Positions 46,480-56,218 of a DNA stretch of 64,000 bases are shown here, in pieces (within the stretch, counting starts at the first letter, position 1; each line of letters starts with the position of its first letter). This DNA comes from a virus (Duplodnaviria; Heunggongvirae; Uroviricota; Caudoviricetes). A model generated the notes under the pieces. It was not told where the DNA came from. It was given only the letters and a program-made list of their open reading frames with translations, and did not search any database. The position numbers and the translations under genes are program-made. The stretch lies in IMG/VR virus record IMGVR_UViG_3300017971_000186. One strand, given 5' to 3'.

Positions 46480-47987
46480 ATATTTAACGAAATCTCCGAA
46501 GATATATCTTCTATACCCATTTCATCTTGCGAATTTTCAACGGTCTGATCGAAATCCCGTAATTTCTTAGTAGCAAAATCTAGATTGGCTTCAAAAGGAG
46601 CGAAATGCGCTCCGTCCCGATTTTTTAGACAACTTATTTTTACAATACCACTATTACGCATTTCCTCGGTATTGAAAAGAGCTATAACCCCATCAGAGGA
46701 CCGTTCACTTTCATTTGCATCAGATAAAGCTGTGAGGTTATAAATACCGTCATTTTTTACAGCATCCCTATGACCTTGACGGTTAAATTGATATGGAGTA
46801 ATAACTCTTAACCCTCTTCCATTATCAAAATTGATAGTCAGGTTTTTTAACTTTCTTATCATATTATTAAGATCAACTCTCCAATCCCCGTATTTCTGGT
46901 CTTTATCCTGAACCATTAACCCTACATAATCCACAACAAGAAAATCCAGAACTTTCCCACGATCCTTTAACTCATTATTATATTCTTCTAAAGTTGTTTC
47001 TAAATAAGAAGGAGTACAATTTGCTGGAGGCTTAACTAAAAACAATTCTCCGAAATCCTCTCTATTTGAACCAAAATCTTCACAGACAACATTGAAGAAC
47101 TCTTCCTCAGTTGGGGACAATTCGGAATAACGAACTTTATCATAAGTAATTTTTCCAACAAATTTTTTATATTCCGGATAAGCATACCAACCAGGATAAC
47201 TGGAATGTAATACATAGAACATATTTCTCATTTCATCATACTGCATTTCCAATGTAACAAACATTCCATTTAATCCTTGCATGATCCCACTGTAGGCCAG
47301 ATTTACAGCAAAAGTGGATTTACCCTGACCTACAAATGCTGCGATTATAAATAGGTCACCAAGTTTTATGCCTCTAAAAACATTATCAATTTTCTCCAAA
47401 TCAACAAATAGCCCTATATTTGTAAGAGGGTCTTTTTTTCCTCTATTATAATCCTCTATCACTTCAGCACTATCCTCTCTACTTTTTATTTGACCTTCAT
47501 TTTTTATATCTAAGGCATTAAACAAAAATTTTTTGGATTGACTATTGAAATAAGTAACCGCTTCATTTAAACCTTTTATTTCCTTTTTCTTTTTCCCCTT
47601 CAATTTCAAACCGTTCTTTGCTACCTGCCACGTCTTTTCAACAATTGTTTTAAATTCATCCTCACATTGTTCCGTAAATTTCGTTTTTAGAATAGCTCTA
47701 TAATCAGAACCCCAAAATGGGATCTCAGAAACAATATCACTCAAATGAGATACTATTACTTCATCCCCCTCATTATTAGCCTTTTCAAAAAGAAGTTCTA
47801 TTGAAGGCAATTCCTTAAATTCCCGATAATGAGACTCAATCCATTCATACAGTTTTATATAGGAGGGATCTTCCGGTTGAATTTTACTAGTGAGAAATAC
47901 TCGATAATTTTTAGATAGTTCATCCAGTGGAATTGTTGGAATCTTGTTTTTTCTTATATTTATTATTGAACGAAATACCTTTTTCAC
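46476..47987 (-). CDS. DnaB-like replicative helicase
   Basis: Walker A 'AAFVGQGKSTF', 'LVVDYVGLM' (Walker B), and the RecA-fold C-terminus 'ITPYQFNRQG...LSDANESERSSDGVIALF...KISCLKNRDGA' resembling the DnaB H3/H4 motifs. Confidence 0.8.
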   Translation of the reverse strand: MKKVFRSIINIRKNKIPTIPLDELSKNYRVFLTSKIQPEDPSYIKLYEWIESHYREFKELPSIELLFEKANNEGDEVIVSHLSDIVSEIPFWGSDYRAILKTKFTEQCEDEFKTIVEKTWQVAKNGLKLKGKKKKEIKGLNEAVTYFNSQSKKFLFNALDIKNEGQIKSREDSAEVIEDYNRGKKDPLTNIGLFVDLEKIDNVFRGIKLGDLFIIAAFVGQGKSTFAVNLAYSGIMQGLNGMFVTLEMQYDEMRNMFYVLHSSYPGWYAYPEYKKFVGKITYDKVRYSELSPTEEEFFNVVCEDFGSNREDFGELFLVKPPANCTPSYLETTLEEYNNELKDRGKVLDFLVVDYVGLMVQDKDQKYGDWRVDLNNMIRKLKNLTINFDNGRGLRVITPYQFNRQGHRDAVKNDGIYNLTALSDANESERSSDGVIALFNTEEMRNSGIVKISCLKNRDGAHFAPFEANLDFATKKLRDFDQTVENSQDEMGIEDISSEISLNI

Positions 47988-48020
47988 TTTTTTATCCTCT
48001 GATTTGTATGAATTTTTATC

Positions 48021-48764
48021 TTAACTAAATGGACTAAATTTTGATGCTGCATTTTGTGCCTCTGATCTAATCTCTTTAATTTTCATTCCTACATCCGCTA
48101 TACTGATTTTTTTATATCTCTTACTTTTTATCTTTTCTGATATCTCAGATTCTGAATCACCAGTAATAACAGGACTTAAAAACTTTTTTAAATCATCTGT
48201 ATATTCCCGAATATTTTCGAGCACTGTGGATTCAGGTAAATAAACCCATGTAGGTTTGTCACTGTGATACCGGTTATAAACAACCTGTGAAATACATGTC
48301 CCCAAATGATCATTTTTCTGTTTAGTATCCAGAGTAAAAACAACCAGCTCATATTTATTCATATCTGTTAACCGAGTCTGTGATTTATCCTCTTGTTGGA
48401 CAAAAAATTTCTGAAGGATTTCAATTGATTGGCATAAATAAATAGAAGGAGGATTATTTAAAAATCGATACTTAATAATAACACTCTTTACATGGAGTAA
48501 AAAAGTTTCCATAGAAGTACTAGTTATATATAAATTAGGACTTTTTGATAAATCCTTCAAATCAAGGAACATGCGTTTATCTATCTTTTCAAGAGGTAGA
48601 TAGATATCACCTAACGGTCTTAATAATTCATATGTATTTGAAACAAACTTAGATTTCGAACATAAACACCACTCGGTCACTGGTTTCATTAATCCCGTAT
48701 GAAAACTTCTTAAAACTTTTATTCTTTTTCCTTCTCCATTACATATCGGACATACATCAGTCAT
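48021..48764 (-). CDS. hypothetical protein with N-terminal CPICNGEG Zn motif
   Basis: 247-aa ORF in the replication operon. No diagnostic motif beyond the Zn ribbon. Confidence 0.4.
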   Translation of the reverse strand: MTDVCPICNGEGKRIKVLRSFHTGLMKPVTEWCLCSKSKFVSNTYELLRPLGDIYLPLEKIDKRMFLDLKDLSKSPNLYITSTSMETFLLHVKSVIIKYRFLNNPPSIYLCQSIEILQKFFVQQEDKSQTRLTDMNKYELVVFTLDTKQKNDHLGTCISQVVYNRYHSDKPTWVYLPESTVLENIREYTDDLKKFLSPVITGDSESEISEKIKSKRYKKISIADVGMKIKEIRSEAQNAASKFSPFS

Positions 48765-48765
48765 T

Positions 48766-50448
48766 TCACTTTATTCCTTCCGCATCTTTTAACAGATCCT
48801 CATATAATTCATTGATAACAGTACTTTCATGAGCCGCAAAATCCAGAGCACCTTCAGCAGTATCACCAATAATCTGATCACTCAAACTCTTTTTACTTGA
48901 GACCTTGGATATCACTCTAACATCAATAGATTTTTTATTTACAAGATGAATAAGAAGAATATGATCCTGGATACTACCGATACGCTGTGCCCTTCCAATA
49001 GTCTGAGCAAGATCACCATATGACCATGGAGTGTCATAGAAAATAATGACACTGGCAGCCTGTAAATTTAAAGCTGCAGAGCCAGCAGTTGTTATAAAAA
49101 TCAGATTACAGTCGGGATCGTTCTGGAATGTTAAACGGGCTTTCTGTCTTTCTCTGTCACTAGTAATGTCACCATGTATTTTTGTATATTTTATACCATT
49201 CTTTTCACAGATAGATTCTAAAATTGGAATTCCACTTTTAAAACGAGTAAATAGAATCACTTTTTCACCTAGCAATTCCTCTTTCATTAAACGGAGAAAT
49301 TCAATTTCTTTGCTGGATTCCCCAGGTTCATTTATAAGACCCGGACCATTACTGACCATCTGACAATAAGTCAGAGCAGCCAGCTTCCCACGTTTCTTAC
49401 CCTCAGAAGATAAAAATTGGTTATACTTTTCCTCTAGTTCATTATATCGTTTTTCAATCTTAGGACCAGTAGCACCATTACGTATTTGATCACAGATATC
49501 AAAGTATTCTTGTTTGATTCTCTCTTCATATAGAATACCCGCTAGAGCCTGTTTATAAAGCTCTTTCTGCTCGGGTAACATCTCCAGGACCACTTTTTTA
49601 GATATCAGCTTTGGAAGCTCTGTAGCCACTTCCTCTTTACGTCTAATAAGAAAATAGGGATCAAGGGTTTGTTTGAATTTATCTAGGTTTTTATATCCAA
49701 TCAATTTGGGGATGTATCTCATTTTCCCTTTGATCTTTATCTTCATTAATTCAGTTCTGCAGAAATTTTTTCTGAAATTTGTGATGTTACCAAAGAGGCC
49801 GGGAACTATAACACTATAAATGCCCCATACTTCCTCTAGGTCATTTTTTATGATAGTGGCCGATAACCCATATGCTCTACTAGAACCCTCTGCAATCTCT
49901 TTACATGCGAAATAAGTCTTGGATTTTCGGTTTTTAAAGGCAACACACTCATCAAAAGTTACCATATAATTTGGAGTTAGAGTTTCCTTAATGGTATCAT
50001 ATTCATTTAATACTGGAGCATAATTAATAATAAATACATTCTCTTTAAATCTTTCATACTGGTGCTTCCGAGATTCGTAACCTTCCTTAATTCCTTTGAC
50101 CTTATTAACTATAACCCTAGTAGTTATTCCGGTGGTAAACTTCTCAAACTCTTCTTGCCACTGAAATGTAGCCGATTTGGGACATACCACTAATAATTTT
50201 AATGTCGGGTCCATTTGTAACAGGAAAGAATAGGCAGCAATTGAAATTAAAGTTTTTCCAAGTCCGGTCGCATCTCCCAATACCATACGCTCTAAGAGCA
50301 TAAGATGGAGAGATCCTATTACCTGGTAATAGCGTAAAATAGTTTCTCGTTTTAAATATTTATTTTCCTTAAACTTTGCCGTCTTCGATTTTCTCAATTC
50401 TAGTAATTTTGGATAAACCGATGGCACTCCAATAAATTTTTTTGCCAT
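48766..50448 (-). CDS. SNF2/Rad54-family ATPase-helicase
   Basis: Motif I 'LGDATGLGKTL', motif II 'VTFDECVAFKN', and the C-terminal 'LIFITTAGSAALNLQAASVIIFYDTPWSYGDLAQTIGRAQRIGS' (motifs V/VI). Confidence 0.8.
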   Translation of the reverse strand: MAKKFIGVPSVYPKLLELRKSKTAKFKENKYLKRETILRYYQVIGSLHLMLLERMVLGDATGLGKTLISIAAYSFLLQMDPTLKLLVVCPKSATFQWQEEFEKFTTGITTRVIVNKVKGIKEGYESRKHQYERFKENVFIINYAPVLNEYDTIKETLTPNYMVTFDECVAFKNRKSKTYFACKEIAEGSSRAYGLSATIIKNDLEEVWGIYSVIVPGLFGNITNFRKNFCRTELMKIKIKGKMRYIPKLIGYKNLDKFKQTLDPYFLIRRKEEVATELPKLISKKVVLEMLPEQKELYKQALAGILYEERIKQEYFDICDQIRNGATGPKIEKRYNELEEKYNQFLSSEGKKRGKLAALTYCQMVSNGPGLINEPGESSKEIEFLRLMKEELLGEKVILFTRFKSGIPILESICEKNGIKYTKIHGDITSDRERQKARLTFQNDPDCNLIFITTAGSAALNLQAASVIIFYDTPWSYGDLAQTIGRAQRIGSIQDHILLIHLVNKKSIDVRVISKVSSKKSLSDQIIGDTAEGALDFAAHESTVINELYEDLLKDAEGIK

Positions 50449-50556
50449 ATAAACTCCTCATCTATTATACGAGACTTGAAAGGGGAAATGGAAAGTAAAA
50501 AATTTGGAAAAACCAAACTTTTTTACTATGTAACTCGAAATATTAGACTTAAAATT

Positions 50557-51528
50557 TTAAGAAAATTTCCGTTTTGTACCGGGTTTTTTGGGGGGATCTT
50601 TTTCCAGAGGTTCCATTAATGATTTTTTTCTGATAGGTTCAGGATGCTTCACAACCTCTTGCATGATATCAAATCCATCACTATTTGGTTTATTTTTTGT
50701 CGATTGATGTTGTTGCTCTTTTTGCCACTTTCTAATTATACCCCAACCATTGGTATAATAATCTTTTTTATCCTTCTTTTTCTTTGTAGTACGCAACTTC
50801 TCAACCAATCGTTTCATTATATCCATACCACCGGTTTCAGGCTTGATCTCTTTTGCAATCTTCATAGCCAATCTGACAGCAGTTTTTTCTGGTGATTCTT
50901 CCACAGGTTTTTCCTCTTTTTTAAATTGACGAGTTTCTCCAAAAGGACTTAATTTTTTATTACCCCTTTCAGAGAACAAAGTATAAAAATATTTCCCAGA
51001 ACCTTCATCAACATTATTTTCATAATCTTCTTCGAATTTTTTACGAGTATAACTTTTATTCTCCTGTGAATTTATAAAATCAGCTTCAGGTTTTTTAAAT
51101 CTAAAATTAAATATTCCTTCACTTGTAGGTTTACCAAAGAGGGCTTTATAAGCTGGGCTTTTTTCAAGGTCTGCTGGTAAAATATCTTTTGCTGGCTCTA
51201 TATCTTTTTTCTCAGCTTGAATAATTTCACTCACATTCATGTTCTGATCAGAATCATAAATATTATGACTTTCTGATTTCTTTCCATTAGGAAGAAGCCC
51301 TAGCCTGTATATATAATATTTTAAATTCCCATTTTTATCTTCCCGAGAGAAATGGATCCAACAAGCTTGCCACTGGAAATTTCCACTATCATCTGAAAGA
51401 GGTTCTTTTCTTTTAGTTTGAAGAGTTTCAATACTATCAGCTTTAAAAAAGAAAACAACACGAATGATATCAATATCACCTGTAGCGGAAATAATCATTC
51501 TCATATAATCAGATAAACTTGTTAACAT
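50557..51528 (-). CDS. Lys-rich hypothetical protein (possible internal virion/DNA-associated protein)
   Basis: 323 aa, strongly basic C-terminal half. Confidence 0.4.
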   Translation of the reverse strand: MLTSLSDYMRMIISATGDIDIIRVVFFFKADSIETLQTKRKEPLSDDSGNFQWQACWIHFSREDKNGNLKYYIYRLGLLPNGKKSESHNIYDSDQNMNVSEIIQAEKKDIEPAKDILPADLEKSPAYKALFGKPTSEGIFNFRFKKPEADFINSQENKSYTRKKFEEDYENNVDEGSGKYFYTLFSERGNKKLSPFGETRQFKKEEKPVEESPEKTAVRLAMKIAKEIKPETGGMDIMKRLVEKLRTTKKKKDKKDYYTNGWGIIRKWQKEQQHQSTKNKPNSDGFDIMQEVVKHPEPIRKKSLMEPLEKDPPKKPGTKRKFS

Positions 51529-54500
51529 TAATTAGTACCCCGTTTAGTTATAGGACGTCCAGGCATTTCAAAAATATCAACTGTATCCAAATTAGAACGT
51601 TCATTAAAAAACCTTGAATGACTTGATTGGTCTGTTTCACTAGCTACAACCATTAAATAAAGCCTACCATCATTATCTTTATTTAAAATATAGGATTGAT
51701 AAGTCTTCTGGTATTGACCTGTAGCATCCAATTTCTCAAATCTTAAACCGAGATTACCGTAACCCAAAGAAGCATTCGGAATACTAATAGTAGATCTCCC
51801 ACGATCAGCAGTATTTACACCATATATCACTGAATTTGGAGGAGCATCTACAATATTCTGTACTTTGGTCATTATCCTTGACTCAAGAACAGGGTATCCA
51901 TCTGAAACCGCATTAGAAATATTTTCACTTCTTCCCATACTATCATGAGTATTATCATATGTTGGCAATCTATCGATAATATTAGATTGAGAAAAAGAAG
52001 GAATATCTTTTCCTGTAATAGTGTAGGACTCACCACCGATAGAAGTGAAATCTGGTTTCCCTGTGATAGTTAGACTCGTGTTACTATAAACCTGTGAAAC
52101 TTCAAACTGTTTCGATGGAGTAGAATCAGCACTGATAACGTAACCAGGATTCACTCCGGCTAGCCAATTTGTATTTACACCTGTTACAGAAGTACTATCT
52201 GCAGTAAAAATCGCTACACCATCCGTAAACGTAGTATCAGTAATACCACCTGAACCAGCAGTAGTCACCATGGCCGGTCCTGTTTCTTCTATAACACCAA
52301 AAGCAGTTGTATCTAGCAACCCTTGATATGGAACAGCATGATAAAAGAAATCATAACCTTCAGATGATGTGATAGCACTTTTCATCAATAAGGGTACTTC
52401 TATTGTAGTACTACCTGCAGGAGCAGAGCTAAATTCTATTTCAATTCGAGATTTTGTTGAATCGGTAGGATATCTACTGTTAGTACTAGTAAGAGTTACT
52501 TGAGTTCCATCAACATAAGCGATACCAGCCCCATCCAGAACAGCACCACTAGCTACTGCTTGAATAGCCTTATTTGTACTGTCTATATTAAATGTCGTTA
52601 AAATACCATTCGGTGACTGTAATGGAGAAAGCTCACTCATTTCATAAGTATCGATTACAGCTCTGGATTGTTTATTTGTATTAAAAAACTTGGATCCTAT
52701 ATAAAGTTTCACTTCAATATCAGTATTTAACGATACTGCAGGACTTTGCATATTGATAATATATTGAGTGGAAGTCCTGGTAATAAGAGGTGTTCGATAA
52801 TTACTATTCACATAGACACTTGCTACACCTAATATATCATAACCAAATGCAGTTCTATCAACTGTTATATACTGAGTACCATTACCTAAAGCATGATAAA
52901 TCATTTGATGCCCGAAATCATAAGGTTCTGTGGAATTGGCACCCTGATTTGACAACATGTGAAAATGTGTACCATCAGTTGCTACTACTGGATTAGCATT
53001 TCTTACTCTGATATCATTATCAATAGGAGCAATTATTTGAGTTCCTACACCTTCATTTCTTACTTCCAGGAAATTCTCTGGGAGAGCTGTCATTCCATTT
53101 GGGCCTTCTGCAAGCATAACCGTATAATCGATAGTGATAGGTACACTTGTCCCTATCAATGAAGATGTGACAAGTATAGTTATCGTTACTGTATTTGTAC
53201 CAGTCCCAGAAACAGTATAATCCACAGATAAAGTAAGAGCACCACTTGAAGTATAAATTTCATCGATACTTGTTATAGAAGAACCAGTTGGATATGTAGG
53301 AATTGTGATTTGTACCTGATCTGAAGTGGCCCACGGTGAACCTGGAGTACCGCTCGTTTTATCATTTACTGTCTTTACAGCAAGCGTATCTGACTGAGAT
53401 ATCTGAGCATTAGAAAACATTCTTCTTAAACCATCACCTTGGGCAATCAAAGTCGAACCTGCAAGATCCACATTACTTACTGCATCAACCTGAGTAAGGA
53501 TCTTTCCAAAATGATCTTCTCCTAAAGTCAGTTTTGCCATTTTTTGACGGATTTTTCCACGAGTAAGTTTTTCAAAAGCTGACTCACATATCTCTTTCAT
53601 GTTCTGGACCGGAGTAATTCTGTGACGCATATCCAAAATGTCATCTGTTACTACCCAATTGTTATATCTGTTATCGGGACGATCCGAAGGTTGACCCAGT
53701 AAATAATCAGCTAAACTTTTTCCAGCACCATTAGAACGGGTTTCCACATTATAAGTACCGGTATTTCGACGGTGAATAGCAAACATAGGAATAGCATATG
53801 TATGACCATCAACAGTTTGTAGATCTGTTTGTGCTCCTGCATCACCTACTCCTGCTCTCCAGAGGCCAGGATCACCGGAAACCTGGGAAAAATAAGCTTG
53901 GCTACATGTACTTAATGGAGAAGAAAGAGGTCCTTGTACAAAGACTTTATTAGGGTCAAAACCATCGGGATAAGATTCGATATCAATATCATCAACTATT
54001 CTAATACGATACTGTATTTGAACTCTAAGAGAAGTTTCAATATTAATTGCAGGATCAACAAGATCATTAGAAGGATTCGTACCACCATAAAGGATATTGC
54101 CATATTTATACACTACATCAGATATAGTAATAAGTTTTCTCCAAACTTCAAGAAATACAAAATCTACTCTATAACCTGTTGAAGGAGGAGCAGAAAGAGT
54201 AATTATATTATTCTCATCTAATGAATTTGATCCTTGAACGAGTAACTTCCAGCCATTAACATATGCTATTAATGTCTGTGCTTCTACACCTTTATCCAGA
54301 GATAGTAATTTGAATGAATTTGCTGTATAAGTAGAAGAACAAATCACATCTCCAGCATCAGCGCTACTTTCAGTGACATCATCTCTTAATTCACCAACAA
54401 TTCCCCATCCACTAGGAAGTAAAAACTGAGCTAAATCTTTGGCATGTTCAGATGAAATATCACCTGTAAGATTAACTTCACTTGATAGAGGAGGTTTTTT

Positions 54501-54581
54501 CCTTTGGTAAACTACTTTTTCAAAACTTCTATTGTCGTAATCCAATACTCTGGTCTGGTTTGGGCCTAAATAATCAGACAT
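51528..54581 (-). CDS. large structural protein (1017 aa), paralog of the 60501..64000 protein
   Basis: Shared block 'INIETSLRVQIQYRIRIVDDIDIESYPDGF...LWRAG...VDGHTYAIPMFAIHRRNTGTYN...DDILDMRHRI'. Thr/Ser/Gly-rich beta-type C-terminal region. Confidence 0.5.
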   Translation of the reverse strand: MSDYLGPNQTRVLDYDNRSFEKVVYQRKKPPLSSEVNLTGDISSEHAKDLAQFLLPSGWGIVGELRDDVTESSADAGDVICSSTYTANSFKLLSLDKGVEAQTLIAYVNGWKLLVQGSNSLDENNIITLSAPPSTGYRVDFVFLEVWRKLITISDVVYKYGNILYGGTNPSNDLVDPAINIETSLRVQIQYRIRIVDDIDIESYPDGFDPNKVFVQGPLSSPLSTCSQAYFSQVSGDPGLWRAGVGDAGAQTDLQTVDGHTYAIPMFAIHRRNTGTYNVETRSNGAGKSLADYLLGQPSDRPDNRYNNWVVTDDILDMRHRITPVQNMKEICESAFEKLTRGKIRQKMAKLTLGEDHFGKILTQVDAVSNVDLAGSTLIAQGDGLRRMFSNAQISQSDTLAVKTVNDKTSGTPGSPWATSDQVQITIPTYPTGSSITSIDEIYTSSGALTLSVDYTVSGTGTNTVTITILVTSSLIGTSVPITIDYTVMLAEGPNGMTALPENFLEVRNEGVGTQIIAPIDNDIRVRNANPVVATDGTHFHMLSNQGANSTEPYDFGHQMIYHALGNGTQYITVDRTAFGYDILGVASVYVNSNYRTPLITRTSTQYIINMQSPAVSLNTDIEVKLYIGSKFFNTNKQSRAVIDTYEMSELSPLQSPNGILTTFNIDSTNKAIQAVASGAVLDGAGIAYVDGTQVTLTSTNSRYPTDSTKSRIEIEFSSAPAGSTTIEVPLLMKSAITSSEGYDFFYHAVPYQGLLDTTAFGVIEETGPAMVTTAGSGGITDTTFTDGVAIFTADSTSVTGVNTNWLAGVNPGYVISADSTPSKQFEVSQVYSNTSLTITGKPDFTSIGGESYTITGKDIPSFSQSNIIDRLPTYDNTHDSMGRSENISNAVSDGYPVLESRIMTKVQNIVDAPPNSVIYGVNTADRGRSTISIPNASLGYGNLGLRFEKLDATGQYQKTYQSYILNKDNDGRLYLMVVASETDQSSHSRFFNERSNLDTVDIFEMPGRPITKRGTN

Positions 54582-55515
54582 TTGATACTCCCGTCATCTT
54601 TATTTTCCACAATAGTAATGGTTCTATCGTATTTGATTCTAATTCAGTGAATTTAATAAGTTGATCGATTAAATTATCATATTCAAAAAGAAAGTCTGTA
54701 AAAACCGCACTATCTAAAAACCATGTAGCTGGATAACCAACTTGATTTTTAAAAACGTTATCAATACCATAAAACCTATATAACACTTGTGCTAGTTCTG
54801 ATAAAAATGATTTTAAAATAGAAAAATTTTCAATGATACTCCCAAGAGTACTTTTTAAAATTCTAGAAGCAATCTTTTTACTTATTATAATTTGTACTTT
54901 ATTAACCTGTTCATCAGATCGCTCCAAACAACTGTCAACAGTTTCATAATCTTGAGACAATTCAGCCATTCCAGTCTTTGCCTCATTTATGATATCCATG
55001 ACATTTTTTCTACCCCATAATTTCCTGTCAAGATTAACCTTTAAAAGCACCTCAGAAGCTTCTTGTAAATTATTTTTCGTCTCTTCAAACTTTTTAAGAT
55101 TTAACCGATAATCATTTAATTTTTCTATTATACCTTGTTTATTTTCTGATAGAATCGATCTATTATCTTGGGTCTCATCTGGTTTTGCTTTCAATACATA
55201 GATCTCTACCGGTTTTAAATTTTTCTTTATATTTTCAATCGTATCTATTACTAATTGAGTGTATCTCTTATCTACCGGCCTCCATCGAGCTGAATCCAAT
55301 TGAGATGTTTTACAGATGTTTTCTACAATATGAGAAAGAACTGGCACAACTCTATTTTGTAAAACCTGCTTTGATTTTGCTGTCATTATAACCCGGTTAT
55401 TCAACAACGCATAAAAATGTCTGCCTATCTTAGAGATATTTATTGATTCTGTACCCATCTGTAATTGACCCAGTATTGTCCCAGGTCCTTTACATACTCC
55501 AAGATTCTCAAACAT
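54574..55515 (-). CDS. hypothetical structural-module protein
   Basis: 313 aa. 8-nt overlap with the downstream gene. Confidence 0.4.
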   Translation of the reverse strand: MFENLGVCKGPGTILGQLQMGTESINISKIGRHFYALLNNRVIMTAKSKQVLQNRVVPVLSHIVENICKTSQLDSARWRPVDKRYTQLVIDTIENIKKNLKPVEIYVLKAKPDETQDNRSILSENKQGIIEKLNDYRLNLKKFEETKNNLQEASEVLLKVNLDRKLWGRKNVMDIINEAKTGMAELSQDYETVDSCLERSDEQVNKVQIIISKKIASRILKSTLGSIIENFSILKSFLSELAQVLYRFYGIDNVFKNQVGYPATWFLDSAVFTDFLFEYDNLIDQLIKFTELESNTIEPLLLWKIKMTGVSNV

Positions 55516-55573
55516 TGAATTAAATCCCTTTACTTGCTTAAATCTTTGCTATAACATATATTACAAAGAACAC

Positions 55574-56158
55574 TTAAGCTGTTATCCTAAATATTATGGT
55601 CAAAGTCATTGAATTTGTTTTATTTAGAACAGGAAAAGTTCTGTAATTGACTTCAGTACCACTATCCAATAAATCTGTTGCATCTCCACCAAATAAACCC
55701 ATTTCCACTAAAGGACCTACACCTTCTGTTTCTGCAAATGTTGCGGTGAAATCAAGAACGTTCGTTGGAACAATAGTTGGATCCCCGGTTTCTGGATCTA
55801 CAAAAGTTACATCCTCAGTTGTAAAAGCTTTTCTGGCTATTTCATTCTCAAGAGTTGTCTGTGTAGTTGTAGGCTGAGGAGGATTCTGTAAATTCCACCC
55901 AACCCCACCTGTACCTACTGCCAAATAAGTAATTCCACCACTAGGCTCACTATTGTCCTTTAATAAACGTGCTATTAAAACTGAAGCGGAATTTACAATA
56001 ATATTATTTCCGTGTCTTTTACCAACTATTTGTCCAGAACGATCTTTAAGTATCATCCAGAACTCGCCTTTTAATGAAGGTGATTGTTCCAGATATCTTA
56101 ACTTAAAACCCCCTGAAAATGTATCACCGGTTTTATGCAGATTTTCTTTATAAAACAT
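55574..56158 (-). CDS. hypothetical structural-module protein
   Basis: 194 aa, Gly/Thr-rich. Confidence 0.4.
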   Translation of the reverse strand: MFYKENLHKTGDTFSGGFKLRYLEQSPSLKGEFWMILKDRSGQIVGKRHGNNIIVNSASVLIARLLKDNSEPSGGITYLAVGTGGVGWNLQNPPQPTTTQTTLENEIARKAFTTEDVTFVDPETGDPTIVPTNVLDFTATFAETEGVGPLVEMGLFGGDATDLLDSGTEVNYRTFPVLNKTNSMTLTIIFRITA

Positions 56159-56218
56159 TTGTAGCTCCTTATAGTACTATTCTCTCTTACTTAAATTATT
56201 AATAGTTTATTACAGATA